64,000 nt of DNA from Rhizomicrobium sp. (GTDB lineage: Bacteria; Pseudomonadota; Alphaproteobacteria; Micropepsales; Micropepsaceae): contig DASXCJ010000028.1 of NCBI GenBank assembly GCA_036491175.1, positions 128 through 64,127 of the forward strand, read 5' to 3'. Positions 1 to 8,681 of this stretch are shown here, piece after piece (position 1 is the first letter of the stretch; the number at the start of each line of letters is the position of its first letter). Made by a program: the position numbers and the translations under genes. The notes beneath the pieces are model-generated. The model was not told the origin of the DNA, ran no database searches, and saw nothing but the letters and a program-made list of their open reading frames with translations.

Positions 1-303
1 CAGCGTCTGACCCGGCGGCGCGAGCGCGGCGTCGTCGAGGGCGGAGCGGATCGCATCCGCGATCAGCTTCGTCTCCTTGAAGCCGCCCGCGCGCGACCAG
101 ATGTCGACGGCGGCGATATGCGCGCTGCCGCCTTCCGTCGCCGTGTTCCAGTTGGTCTCGCTGTCCGCGCCGATCACGGCATAGGGAAAGGCGCAGTCGC
201 GCGGCACGGCGTCGAACAGCCGGCCGGCGATGAGGGACTGCACCACGCTGTCGACCGACAGCGCAGCGTAAAGCGCCTGCTGCAGGGCGAAGCTCGCGCT
301 CAT
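1..303 (-). CDS. DUF3168 tail-completion/terminator protein of the GTA cluster (partial, runs off window start)
   Basis: Translated by hand from ATG at 303: MSASFALQQALYAALSVDSVVQSLIAGRLFDAVPRDCAFPYAVIG...VDIWSRAGGFKETKLIADAIRSALDD. ATGA overlap with the adaptor stop; expected position in RcGTA-like gene order. Confidence 0.85.
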   Translation of the reverse strand, partial: MSASFALQQALYAALSVDSVVQSLIAGRLFDAVPRDCAFPYAVIGADSETNWNTATEGGSAHIAAVDIWSRAGGFKETKLIADAIRSALDDAALAPPGQTL

Positions 304-617
304 GGCGACACCTCCTCGCAAACCAGCGCGACGAATTGCGACGGCGCGCCGTCGTCCAGCACCGCATGGATGCGGAACGTTCGTGACGACACGGCGAGCC
401 GCCGCCCCGCCCGCAGTTCGGCGTTGCGCCGCGCGGCGAGTTTGTGGCGGATGCGGGATTCCTCCGCGTCCGGCCCGTAGACGTCGCCGCCGGTCTGCGC
501 GTCGATGCGCAGCCAGATGGTGGCGACGATTGTCCAGTCTTCGCCGATGCCTCCCGCGCCGTCCGCGACGGCGGCGCGCGCGAGCACCTGCGCGCGTTGA
601 TTGAGTAGTCCGAGCAT
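300..617 (-). CDS. Phage/GTA head closure (head-tail adaptor) protein
   Basis: 105 aa, G-LNQR...ADGAGG...W...ATIW...FRIHAVLD...LVCEE pattern; lies between connector and DUF3168. Confidence 0.85.
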   Translation of the reverse strand: MLGLLNQRAQVLARAAVADGAGGIGEDWTIVATIWLRIDAQTGGDVYGPDAEESRIRHKLAARRNAELRAGRRLAVSSRTFRIHAVLDDGAPSQFVALVCEEVSP

Positions 618-627
618 GTTGTTTTCC

Positions 628-795
628 TCTTCCTCCCCCGCCGTTGCGGGGGAGTGGATGGCGCGCGCGAGCGCGACAGACGGAGGCGGTGCGTGGGACG
701 GTGAAGAGCTGGTTCTTCACCGTCCCACGCACCCCCTCAGTCATTCGCGGCTTCGCCGCGTCTGACGCCTCCCCCGCAACGGCGGGGGAGGAAGA
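628..795. repeat. MITE-like palindromic element, family B (CTCCCCC...GGGGGAG terminal hairpins)
   Basis: Terminal inverted repeats TCTTCCTCCCCCGCCGTTGCGGGGGAG / CTCCCCCGCAACGGCGGGGGAGGAAGA; interior closely matches 1374-1537. Confidence 0.85.
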
Positions 796-1347
796 TCAGA
801 GTTTCAAGATTCTGTACGGCGCCAAGAGCGCCAGTGCTTCGATCGGCAGCGCCTCGCCGCCGTCGCCGCGATGGGCGTAGAGGTCGGCGGCGATGTCGAG
901 CACCGCCTGGCGGATCAGCGCCGGCACGTCGTCGGCCGCGTCGCCATAGCCGGCGGTGAAAGCAATGCTCACCGCGTTGAGGCGGCGCAGATCCGCCGGA
1001 AGCGCCACGCCCGGTTTGAGCGCGACGCGGCCGCCCGGCGCATCCACCTGGTATTGCGACGGATCGAGCGCGCTCGCCGTATCGTTCGTGCCATAGGTCG
1101 TGACGGCGCCGACGCAGATGAGCGGCGGCAGCGGCATGTCGATGGGCGCGCACCATAGATCGAGCCAGAGGACCCAGCTCTGCGTGATGAAGGCGCGGCC
1201 CGTATGCCATTCGGCGCGGGCGCGCGCGGCGCCGATCAGCCGCGCGAGCATCGCGTCGTCGTCGGTTGTATCGAGCTTCAGATGCGCCTTCGCCTCGTCG
1301 AGCGTGACGGGCTCCAGCGCAGGCGGTGTGACGAGTTCGAGGGGCAT
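796..1347 (-). CDS. Head-tail connector protein (GTA gp6-like, phiE125 gp8 family)
   Basis: MPLELVTPPALEPVTLDEAKAHLKLD...AEWHTGRAFITQSW...FTAGYG...LLAPYRILKL. Start trimmed to ATG 1347 because most of the longer ORF's extension is repeat-derived. Confidence 0.9.
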   Translation of the reverse strand: MPLELVTPPALEPVTLDEAKAHLKLDTTDDDAMLARLIGAARARAEWHTGRAFITQSWVLWLDLWCAPIDMPLPPLICVGAVTTYGTNDTASALDPSQYQVDAPGGRVALKPGVALPADLRRLNAVSIAFTAGYGDAADDVPALIRQAVLDIAADLYAHRGDGGEALPIEALALLAPYRILKL

Positions 1348-1373
1348 GTTGGGTATCCTGAAGAGCATGACAT

Positions 1374-1537
1374 TTCCTCCCCCGCCGTTGCGGGGGAGGT
1401 GGATGGCGCGCGACGGCGCGACAGACGGAAGGGGTGCGTGCGGCGGCGAAGAATTAGGTCTTCGCCGTTCCACACACCCCCTCCGTCATTCGCGGCTTCG
1501 CCGCGTCTGACACCTCCCCCGTAAAACGGGGGAGGAA
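1374..1537. repeat. MITE-like palindromic element, family B
   Basis: TTCCTCCCCCGCCGTTGCGGGGGAGG ... CCTCCCCCGTAAAACGGGGGAGGAA; shares GTCATTCGCGGCTTCGCCGCGTCTGAC with 628-795. Confidence 0.85.
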
Positions 1538-1544
1538 GACAGTG

Positions 1545-2798
1545 TTACGACGCCGCGAACTTCATCAGCTTGATGGCTTCGAAGTTCTGCACGCCGCCGC
1601 CGACGCGCTTGGTTGTGTAGAACAGCACGTAGGGCTTGGCGGTGAACGGATCGCGCAGGGTGCGGATGCCGACGCGGTCGACGATGAGATAGCCGCGGGC
1701 GAAATCGCCGAACGCGATCGAATAGGCGTTCGACGCGATGTCCGGCATGTCCTCGGCTTCCGCCACGGGGTAACCCAAGAGGCTCGCCGGCTGGCCGACG
1801 CCAAGGCCCGGCTGCCAGATGTAGTTGTCGTTCGCGTCCTTGAACTTGCGCACGACGCTCTCCGTCTTGCGGTTCATCACCCAGTTCGCATTGGCGCGAT
1901 AGCCCTGCTTGGGCGCATAGGCGAGGTTGATCAGCGCATCGGCCGGATCGGAGGACGCGAACGCGCCGTCCGCGCCCGACGCGATATAGCCGATCTTGCC
2001 CCACACCCAGGAAGCATCCGCCGCCGTGGTGTAATGCAGGAAACCGGTGGGCTTGTTGGAGCCGTCGCCGCTGACGAAGGCCGCGCCCTCCTGCTCGGCG
2101 AAGACGATCTGCACTTCGTTGGCGAGCCACGCCTCGATGTCGACCTGCGCGTCGTCGAGCAGCGGCTGCGTCGCCGCCGGCATCGCGTAGAGCTCCATCG
2201 CCGGGAAATCGATCGCGGTGATGGTGGGCGTGGTGGTCTGCGAACGCGCATCCGTCTCGCCCACCCAGCCGGACGCGGCTTCCACCGTCGTGATCGGCTT
2301 GCGGTACACCGACGATCCGATCTGCTGCACCGTGGCCAGCGCGCGGATCGGCGAGGCTTTCGCCAGGATGCGGTCGATCGTGTCGGCGATCTCCAGCGGC
2401 ACGACATAGCCGCCGTCCGGGTTGGAGCCTTCCGAGAGCGCCTTCACTTCCAGCGCGGCGAAGCCCGAGGCGTCGCCCTTGCGCATGTAGCGGTCGAACG
2501 CCGCCTTGCGCTCGCGTTGCCCCCGGTCCAGCGGCTTGGTCTCGCCGAGAAGCGGGCGGTGGGCCGCGAGCGTCAACTCGTCCAGCGCCTTCTTCTGCTC
2601 GTCGAGCGCGCGGTTGATGCGGTCGACCTTCTCTTCGGTGACGACGTCGGCGCCGCCGCGCTTCTCCAGCGCATCGAGGCGCTCGTCGTTGGCGCCCTTG
2701 AACGCCTCGAAGGCCTGGCGCAGATCGGCATAGGCCTCCTTGATCTCGCGGCCGCCCGGGCCGTCCTTGGTCTCGAGCGATTTGGTTTCGAGTTGCAT
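1545..2798 (-). CDS. HK97-fold major capsid protein (GTA gp5-like)
   Basis: DGGYVVP, ASGWVGET, ELYAMPAATQPLLDD, IAFGDF..GYLIVDR, RDPFTAKPYVLFYTTKRVGGGVQNFEAIKLMKF; RBS AAGGAA before ATG 2798. Confidence 0.95.
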   Translation of the reverse strand: MQLETKSLETKDGPGGREIKEAYADLRQAFEAFKGANDERLDALEKRGGADVVTEEKVDRINRALDEQKKALDELTLAAHRPLLGETKPLDRGQRERKAAFDRYMRKGDASGFAALEVKALSEGSNPDGGYVVPLEIADTIDRILAKASPIRALATVQQIGSSVYRKPITTVEAASGWVGETDARSQTTTPTITAIDFPAMELYAMPAATQPLLDDAQVDIEAWLANEVQIVFAEQEGAAFVSGDGSNKPTGFLHYTTAADASWVWGKIGYIASGADGAFASSDPADALINLAYAPKQGYRANANWVMNRKTESVVRKFKDANDNYIWQPGLGVGQPASLLGYPVAEAEDMPDIASNAYSIAFGDFARGYLIVDRVGIRTLRDPFTAKPYVLFYTTKRVGGGVQNFEAIKLMKFAAS

Positions 2799-2817
2799 GG
2801 GTATTTCCTTTCTTGGT

Positions 2818-3351
2818 TCACGCGCGCAGCACTTGCGCCGCGCGGCGCATTTCGGCGGCGAGGCCGTCGCCGACATTGGTGATCCGGCTTTCGCCGAGCA
2901 GCGGGAACGTCACGATGGAGATTTCCCAAAGCTCGATGTCGAGAAGCAGCCTGAGCCCGCTTGCCGGGTCGCGGCGCGCCCGCTGGGTGCGAAAGCCGAT
3001 GGAGAGCCCGTCGAGCGCGCCGGCGCGGATCAGCGAGAGCACCTCGCCCCCGCGCTGAACGTTCGTGACGATGCGGCCCTTGACGTAGAGCCCGGCAGCG
3101 TCCTCGCGGATCGCGCGCCAGGTCCCGAGCGGTTCGTGCGACTGGTGCTGATAGAGCATGCGCACGCGCGGCAGCTTGTGCGGCGCGAGCGAGGCCTTGA
3201 ACGCGCCCGGCATGACGACGTCGCCGGACGAATCCGGCACGCCGAACAGCGAGGCATAGCCCTCGAATTCGTCATGTTCCAGCGCGGTCAGCCGTGCCGG
3301 CGCCACGCGATGCACAAGCCGCCGCCGCATGCGGTGGATGGTGTGTGTCAT
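2818..3351 (-). CDS. HK97-family prohead protease
   Basis: FEGYASLFG..D..GDVV.PGAF, MLYQH, GLYVKG, DGLSIGFR, LWEISIVTFP. Confidence 0.95.
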   Translation of the reverse strand: MTHTIHRMRRRLVHRVAPARLTALEHDEFEGYASLFGVPDSSGDVVMPGAFKASLAPHKLPRVRMLYQHQSHEPLGTWRAIREDAAGLYVKGRIVTNVQRGGEVLSLIRAGALDGLSIGFRTQRARRDPASGLRLLLDIELWEISIVTFPLLGESRITNVGDGLAAEMRRAAQVLRA

Positions 3352-3367
3352 GTTGCTTTTCTCTTAC

Positions 3368-3504
3368 GTGTCATGGCCCGCGAATGCGGGCCACCCAGGT
3401 GACATCGCTCCCGGCTTTTGACGGCCGAGCGCGAATGCATCTGCGCTTTGCTTGCGAAGGCGCGCTGTCCCACCTGGGTGGCCCGCATCCGCGGGCCATG
3501 ACAC
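3368..3504. repeat. REP-like inverted doublet, family A (36-bp arms, ~65-bp spacer)
   Basis: Left arm GTGTCATGGCCCGCGAATGCGGGCCACCCAGGTGAC at 3368-3403; near-perfect inverted copy at 3469-3504. Confidence 0.9.
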
Positions 3505-3536
3505 TTATGTTGTAACGAACGCTGCGGCGCAGCCGG

Positions 3537-3653
3537 TCAGGGCCGCGCCTTGTCTCCGTTCATCCGGTCGAGCTTGCCCTCTATCCGGTCGAGCGATTGC
3601 TTCATCTCCGCGCTCTGCTCCTCGAGCACGGCGACGCGGGCTGCGAGGCTCAC
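3537..3653 (-). CDS. Small coiled-coil protein between portal and protease (GTA gp3.5-like, 38 aa)
   Basis: GTG start overlapping the portal TGA; MSLAARVAVLEEQSAEMKQSLDRIEGKLDRMNGDKARP. Too short for the ORF track. Confidence 0.6.
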   Translation of the reverse strand: MSLAARVAVLEEQSAEMKQSLDRIEGKLDRMNGDKARP

Positions 3654-4831
3654 GGCTCTCCCCCCACAGGCGAGTACCCCGCCGCGACGCGCTTCTCGTC
3701 GCGCGAGAGGAAGTCAGCCGCATTGAGCCGGTCCCACACGCTTTCGCGTTCGACGGCCAGCGCGTCGACCGCGTCGGCGTCGTAGCCGATGCGCAGGCCG
3801 TCGCCGAAGCGCGGCGCGAGCCAGCGGGTGAGATCCTTGGCGGTGCGCGCGACCAGAGGCATCACCGTCTGCCTCCAGAAGGCGAGATTGGCCTCACGGT
3901 AGTTCGCGTAGGTGTTGTCGCCCGGCAGGCCTAGCAGCATCGGCGGCAGCCCGAAGGCGAGCGCGATCTCGCGCGCCGCGGCGTTGCGCATCTCGGAGAA
4001 ATCCATGTCCTGCGGCGCGAAGCTCATCGCCCGCCAATCGAGCCCGCCTTCGAGCACCATGGGCCGTCCGGCATTGGCCGCGCCGGAATAGGATTCCGCC
4101 AGCTCGTTCTTCAGCCGCGCGAATTGCTCCTCGGAAAGGCCCGGCGCGTTGTCCGGTCCCTTGTAGACCAGCGCGCCCGACGGCCGCGCCGCATTGTCGA
4201 GCAGCGCCTTGGTCCAGCCCGCGCCGGCATTGTGGATGTCGAGCGCCGAAGCCGCGGCCTCGATCGGCGACAGCCCGTAGCAATCGTCCAGCGGATGGAA
4301 CAGCTTGCCGTGCAGCACATCGGTCAGCCGCGCGCTCTGGCCGGCGACGGTGTAGTCGTAGGCCGCCGCCCATCCGCGCGCGTCCTGCACCACGCGCACG
4401 CGGTCCGGCCGCAGCACATGCAGCTCGCGCACCGCGCCGCCTGCGGAGACGCCTTGCAGATAGGCGTTGCCCGCGCATTCCAGGAACGCGTACCAGCGCT
4501 CGAACAGCGCCGTGCCGCTTTCGCCGGCGTTGGGCGCGGCCAGGAGCGTGAGCAGTGGGCCGCTGCTCACTTCGATATCGCCCTCGTAGAGCAGCCACGG
4601 CACGGAGGCCGCGGATTCGGCGATCACGCGCACGCAGCGATAGGCGATGGCGTTGGCCATCACCCCTTCGCGCGCCAGGCTTGCGAAATCGCGTCTGCTC
4701 CACGAGGGCCGCCCCGCGAGAAGGGCGATCAGCGGAGCGCTGACGCCTTTCGTCTCGGGAGGCCGGACGGCCGGGGGTTGAACACCGTCCAGCGCCCGCG
4801 CTCTCGCGGGGCGAAACCAATTGTCGAACAT
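3650..4831 (-). CDS. HK97-family portal protein (GTA gp3-like)
   Basis: N.IAYRCVRVIAESAASVP, LRPDRV, FHPLDDCYGLSP, LDNAARPSGAL, NAGRPMVLEGGLDW, DNTYANYREAN.AFWRQTV.P. Confidence 0.95.
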   Translation of the reverse strand: MFDNWFRPARARALDGVQPPAVRPPETKGVSAPLIALLAGRPSWSRRDFASLAREGVMANAIAYRCVRVIAESAASVPWLLYEGDIEVSSGPLLTLLAAPNAGESGTALFERWYAFLECAGNAYLQGVSAGGAVRELHVLRPDRVRVVQDARGWAAAYDYTVAGQSARLTDVLHGKLFHPLDDCYGLSPIEAAASALDIHNAGAGWTKALLDNAARPSGALVYKGPDNAPGLSEEQFARLKNELAESYSGAANAGRPMVLEGGLDWRAMSFAPQDMDFSEMRNAAAREIALAFGLPPMLLGLPGDNTYANYREANLAFWRQTVMPLVARTAKDLTRWLAPRFGDGLRIGYDADAVDALAVERESVWDRLNAADFLSRDEKRVAAGYSPVGGEP

Positions 4832-4857
4832 TGTTTTGATCTTTCTCTTGTCGATGG

Positions 4858-5057
4858 GTGTCATGGCCCGCGACTGCGGGCCACCCAGGTGACATTCGTC
4901 CGGCTGGTTACAGCCAAGTGTGAATCCCTCTGCGTCTCTGCGGCTCTGCGTGCAAAAAAGGATTCACGCAGAGCCGCAGAGACGCAGAATGATCGCGTCC
5001 ATTCTTCAAGCCCTGCTCGACCTCACCTGGGTGGCCCGCAGTCGCGGGCCATGACAC
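4858..5057. repeat. REP-like inverted doublet, family A, enclosing a family D inverted pair
   Basis: Arms at 4858-4893 and 5022-5057; interior TCTGCGTCTCTGCGGCTCTGCGTG (4929-4952) / CACGCAGAGCCGCAGAGACGCAGA (4965-4988). Confidence 0.9.
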
Positions 5058-5074
5058 AGATGATGAGCGGGCGC

Positions 5075-6367
5075 TTACGCGCTGCGCACTCTCGGCTCCG
5101 CGCCGCCCTGTTCCGACAGGTGCGACAGCGCCCAGACGAGTGCGTCCATCCTGTCGGGTGACGAACCTTTGCCGTCGAACTGGCACATCTGGTCCTCCAG
5201 CTCCGGCATGAGGCCGACATGATGCACGCGGCCCTGCTCGTAGAGGGCGGACACCGGCGTCGCCCGCGTGCGCTTGTCGCGCGTGGCATGGGCCAGCAAC
5301 ACCGGCGCGTTGGATTTCGCCTGGCGCAGCAGGCTCATCACCATCTCGCCGCCCTGGTTGGCTTCGGCGACGATGCGGTCGGCCTTGAACTCCGCGAACA
5401 CGGACGTGGCGCGCGCCGCCCATTGCGTGGCGGTGAGCCCGCCCAGCGAACGGTCGGCGAGGACGTAGTATTGGCCCTCCCCATCCGCGCCCGCGACGAC
5501 GATGCCGCATTCCGCGCCGCCGACGCTGGCCGGCGGATCGACCGCGACCACCACCCGCACCAGGCCGGACGGCGGCGCGCGCAGCCGCGCCCGCTCGATC
5601 CAGTCGCGCCGCCACAGCGCCAGCTCATTGTCCTCGATCAGGTCGCCGTCCAGTTCCTGGCGGCCGAGCCGCGTGCCGCCGTAACGCTGCTCCAGCGCGT
5701 CCACGAATCCGGGCGCGAGATTCGCGGCGTTGTCGGCGGTCGTGCTGTGCGTGAGCGCGGTGTCGCGCGCCTCGATCAGCTTGATCAGCGGCGCGATCGC
5801 GCGCGGCGTGGTCGTCACGCAGAGCCGCGGATCGGCGCCGAGGCGCAACGCCATCAGCAGCATGTCGAGCGCGCCCTGCGGATCCGGCCATTTGCAGAAC
5901 TCGTCGGCCCAGGCCGCGTCGAACTGATGACCACGGATCGAATCCGGCTCGTCGGCGGAGAGCACCGTCGCCTTCGCGCCGCCAGGCCAGATGATCCGGC
6001 GGTTGGACGACTCGTAGGCCACGCCCGAAGAAACCGAGAGCAAGCCCGACTCGCCTTCGATCATCACCGCACGGGTCTCGGCATAGGTCGCACCGATCAA
6101 GGCGATGCGGCGCATCGTGCCGTTTCGGATTCCTTCAGCGATCCATTCCGCGCCGGCACGAGTCTTTCCCGAACCCCGCCCACCGAGGAATAGCCAGATG
6201 CGCCAGTCGCCGTCGGGCGGCAGTTGCTCGTCGCGCGCCCAATAACCCCAATCCTCGATCAGGAACGCGGCCTGCTCCTCGCTGAGCTGCGCGAAGAACT
6301 CATCCCGTTCGTTTGGCGGCAGCGCGTTGATCTGAGAGCAGCTTAATCTCTGTGCGCGAATCGACAT
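5075..6367 (-). CDS. Large terminase subunit (RcGTA-like TerL)
   Basis: Q.PPDGDWRIWLFLGGRGSGKTRAGAEW (Walker A), RGHQFDAAWADE (Walker B), TTTPR, VVVAVDPP, SPDRMDALVWAL. Confidence 0.95.
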   Translation of the reverse strand: MSIRAQRLSCSQINALPPNERDEFFAQLSEEQAAFLIEDWGYWARDEQLPPDGDWRIWLFLGGRGSGKTRAGAEWIAEGIRNGTMRRIALIGATYAETRAVMIEGESGLLSVSSGVAYESSNRRIIWPGGAKATVLSADEPDSIRGHQFDAAWADEFCKWPDPQGALDMLLMALRLGADPRLCVTTTPRAIAPLIKLIEARDTALTHSTTADNAANLAPGFVDALEQRYGGTRLGRQELDGDLIEDNELALWRRDWIERARLRAPPSGLVRVVVAVDPPASVGGAECGIVVAGADGEGQYYVLADRSLGGLTATQWAARATSVFAEFKADRIVAEANQGGEMVMSLLRQAKSNAPVLLAHATRDKRTRATPVSALYEQGRVHHVGLMPELEDQMCQFDGKGSSPDRMDALVWALSHLSEQGGAEPRVRSA

Positions 6368-6683
6368 ATTTGCGCGCCTTTCGGGTTTCGAGTTTCACTT
6401 CGTGCAGCGTCTTCATCCGCATCAGCTCCTTCAGCGTGCCTTGCAGCGATGCGAGCGTTCTGGCGTTGGTCAGGCGGTCAACGGCGGCGGGTTGCGCGGT
6501 CGCGTTGTCGTATTTGATCGCTTCCATCGCCGCGATCTGCCGGTTCATTTCCTTGAGCAGGCGTTTGGTCATGACATAGGTCCAGTCATCTTCGATGTCC
6601 TCGAGCGTGATGCTCCAAATCTGTTCGAGCGCGACGATCACCTGTTCGAGGGCGACGGGCGCGTTGGGGGCGACCGCGGTCAT
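6300..6683 (-). CDS. Probable small terminase subunit (first gene of GTA cluster)
   Basis: 127-aa helical ORF immediately upstream of TerL and overlapping it out of frame, the usual TerS position. Call rests mainly on position. Confidence 0.6.
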   Translation of the reverse strand: MTAVAPNAPVALEQVIVALEQIWSITLEDIEDDWTYVMTKRLLKEMNRQIAAMEAIKYDNATAQPAAVDRLTNARTLASLQGTLKELMRMKTLHEVKLETRKARKYVDSRTEIKLLSDQRAAAKRTG

Positions 6684-6721
6684 GGCGGCCCCACCCCGGG
6701 GCTAAACCCCTGGTTGGTCAT
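6680..6721 (-). other. 13-codon upstream ORF with strong RBS, or frameshifted N-terminus of TerS
   Basis: AGGAGG (6729-6734) lies 7 nt before ATG 6721; MTNQGFSPGVGPP*; its TGA overlaps the TerS ATG. Confidence 0.45.
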
Positions 6722-7103
6722 AGGAATTCCTCCTGATTCGTGAGTCGGGCCGCGGAAAGGCGGCTTTTGTCCCCAAGAGGCCGAAATCCACGAAAGCCAT
6801 GCGGGATCGCGCCGTCGCGATAGGGTGCGGCTGCGGAGAAGGCGCAAATTGGGGAATACTGAGAAACTATCCCAGCAGCGTCACCCCGTCAAGGCGATGT
6901 AGGAAAAATTCTCAAAGAATCTTCTCGATTTGTGCAGATATTCGAATCGCCGCGACCACCTACCAGATATGGTAGGCTTAAAGCTTAGGATTTCCCGGAT
7001 TTCCGGGCTTTTATCCATAACGAACGTTACGAAGTTCACCCCTGGGTTGTCCTGCTCGGCGTTTGTGAGGGGTCGGGGGCGCGGAGAAACCCACCCATCC
7101 TCC

Positions 7104-7232
7104 CTGTCAGGCCCGGCCGACCTCGGACTTCTTCCGGGGGCGGGGAAGGTCCCCTTTCCTTCGCGCGCGAAGAGCGCGCTCTCGCGGGGATGACAACCGA
7201 GGCGGGTAAGCCGCGTGGGATGACAATTGAGG
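7104..7232. repeat. Degenerate family C palindromic element (..GGGGATGACA terminus)
   Basis: CCCCTTTCCTTCGCGCGCGAAGAGCGCGCTCTCGCGGGGATGACA resembles the right half of 62702-62817; a second GGGATGACAA follows. Confidence 0.55.
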
Positions 7233-7346
7233 CGAGTCGCATAGATCCGAACGACAGCAATCCCGACAGGACACTGGCGAAGATATCGATTGTAACCCTC
7301 GTGCCTTTGCCTTTTGATAAGGGTTATCAATTCGGGGGAATTCCAG

Positions 7347-8645
7347 ATGGCCGCGAACATCGTGACGGGCACCGCGGGCGACGACACGCTCGGCGGGCTC
7401 GATGGCGTCACCAATTATTTCGATGTCTGGCAGGGCGGGGCCGATACGCTGACCGGCGGCGACCAGGCGGACGTCTTCATCTTCCGCGACATGCTCAATC
7501 CGGAGGACCAGATCGACGGCGGCGCCGGCAACGACATCCTGCGCCTGCACGGCGACACCTATTCCGACGGCCTCACCTTGGGCGACCATTCGCTCACCAG
7601 CGTCGAGAACATCCAGTTCGCGCCCGGCGCGAATTACAGCCTGACCACCGCCGACGGCAATGTGTTGAATGACGACATCCTCACCATCGACGGCGCGGCG
7701 ATCGACGGCGAGCACAGCCTCACCTTCGACGGCTCGGCCGAGACCGACGGCGTGTTCCACATCGTCGGCGGCCATGGCGACGATTTCGTCACCGGCGGCG
7801 CGAGCAAGGACATCTTCGACATGCGCGACGGCGGCGAGGATGCTGTCCATGGCGGCGCGGGCGGCGACACCATCTTCATGCGCGGCACCGCCGATGCCGG
7901 CGACGTGCTCGACGGCGGCACGGGCAGCGACACCGTCGTGCTCGACGGCATCGACGCGGTCGACACCCTCGCCTGGAGCGCCACCAGCCTGACCAGCGTG
8001 GAGCGGCTCTATCTGCAGCATGGCAACGATTATTCCATCGTCGGCGACGATGCGAACATCGCCGCCCACAAGGCCATGATCGTGGAGGACAACGACCGGG
8101 ATCCCGGCTCCAACACGCTGTTCTACGACGGCTCGGCGGAGACCGACGGCCACTACAACTTCAAGCCCGAGACCGCCATCGCCACGCTGATCGGCGGTGC
8201 GCAATCCGACCGCTTCGACGGCTCGCAGACCACCGGCATGACCGTCACCGGCGGCGGCGGCGCGGATTTGATCATCGCCGATGGCGGCAATAGCGGCGCC
8301 ACCGACACCTTCATCTACAACGCCGCGTCGGAATCGACGAGCACGCATCACGACACGATCCAGAACGTGGATTTCCAGAACGACACCTTCATCGCGCCGT
8401 GGGGCACGATGGGCCCCGTGGAAGAATTGCCGGACCACGCGATGTCCAAGGCGAGCTTCGACACCGACCTCGGCAACGCGATAAGCGATTTCCTCGCCGC
8501 GCACGGCGCGACCGTGTTCACCGCGAACGCGGGCGATCTGGCGGGTCATTCGTTCCTGGTGATCGACGTCAACGGCGCCACCGGCTACCAAACCGGCGCC
8601 GACATCGTCATCGACGTCACCGGCTTCACCGGCCTCAATACCTGA
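7347..8645 (+). CDS. RTX/hemolysin-type Ca-binding repeat secreted protein, paralog 1 (~432 aa)
   Basis: GGxGxD nonapeptides, FDGSAETDG module, C-terminal GHSFLVIDVNGATGYQTGADIVIDV domain; no signal peptide. Confidence 0.85.
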   Translation: MAANIVTGTAGDDTLGGLDGVTNYFDVWQGGADTLTGGDQADVFIFRDMLNPEDQIDGGAGNDILRLHGDTYSDGLTLGDHSLTSVENIQFAPGANYSLTTADGNVLNDDILTIDGAAIDGEHSLTFDGSAETDGVFHIVGGHGDDFVTGGASKDIFDMRDGGEDAVHGGAGGDTIFMRGTADAGDVLDGGTGSDTVVLDGIDAVDTLAWSATSLTSVERLYLQHGNDYSIVGDDANIAAHKAMIVEDNDRDPGSNTLFYDGSAETDGHYNFKPETAIATLIGGAQSDRFDGSQTTGMTVTGGGGADLIIADGGNSGATDTFIYNAASESTSTHHDTIQNVDFQNDTFIAPWGTMGPVEELPDHAMSKASFDTDLGNAISDFLAAHGATVFTANAGDLAGHSFLVIDVNGATGYQTGADIVIDVTGFTGLNT

Positions 8646-8681
8646 GGGAACTTCGCCGCACCCGAGGAAACCTTGCCGGAC

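Noticed and set aside
6300-6367. Programmed frameshift fusing TerS and TerL
   Set aside because: An out-of-frame overlap is usual in RcGTA-like clusters, and no clear slippery site is visible.
1-6683. Interpretation as an active prophage
   Set aside because: No integrase, repressor or replication genes upstream of TerS; host-like composition, resident host repeats and a DUF6456 activator favour a GTA. The tail end lies outside the window, so this is not fully excluded.
7030-7103. Possible riboswitch or ncRNA in the GTA/RTX intergenic region
   Set aside because: Some pairing potential, but no match to any family I can recognise; a covariance-model search would be needed.
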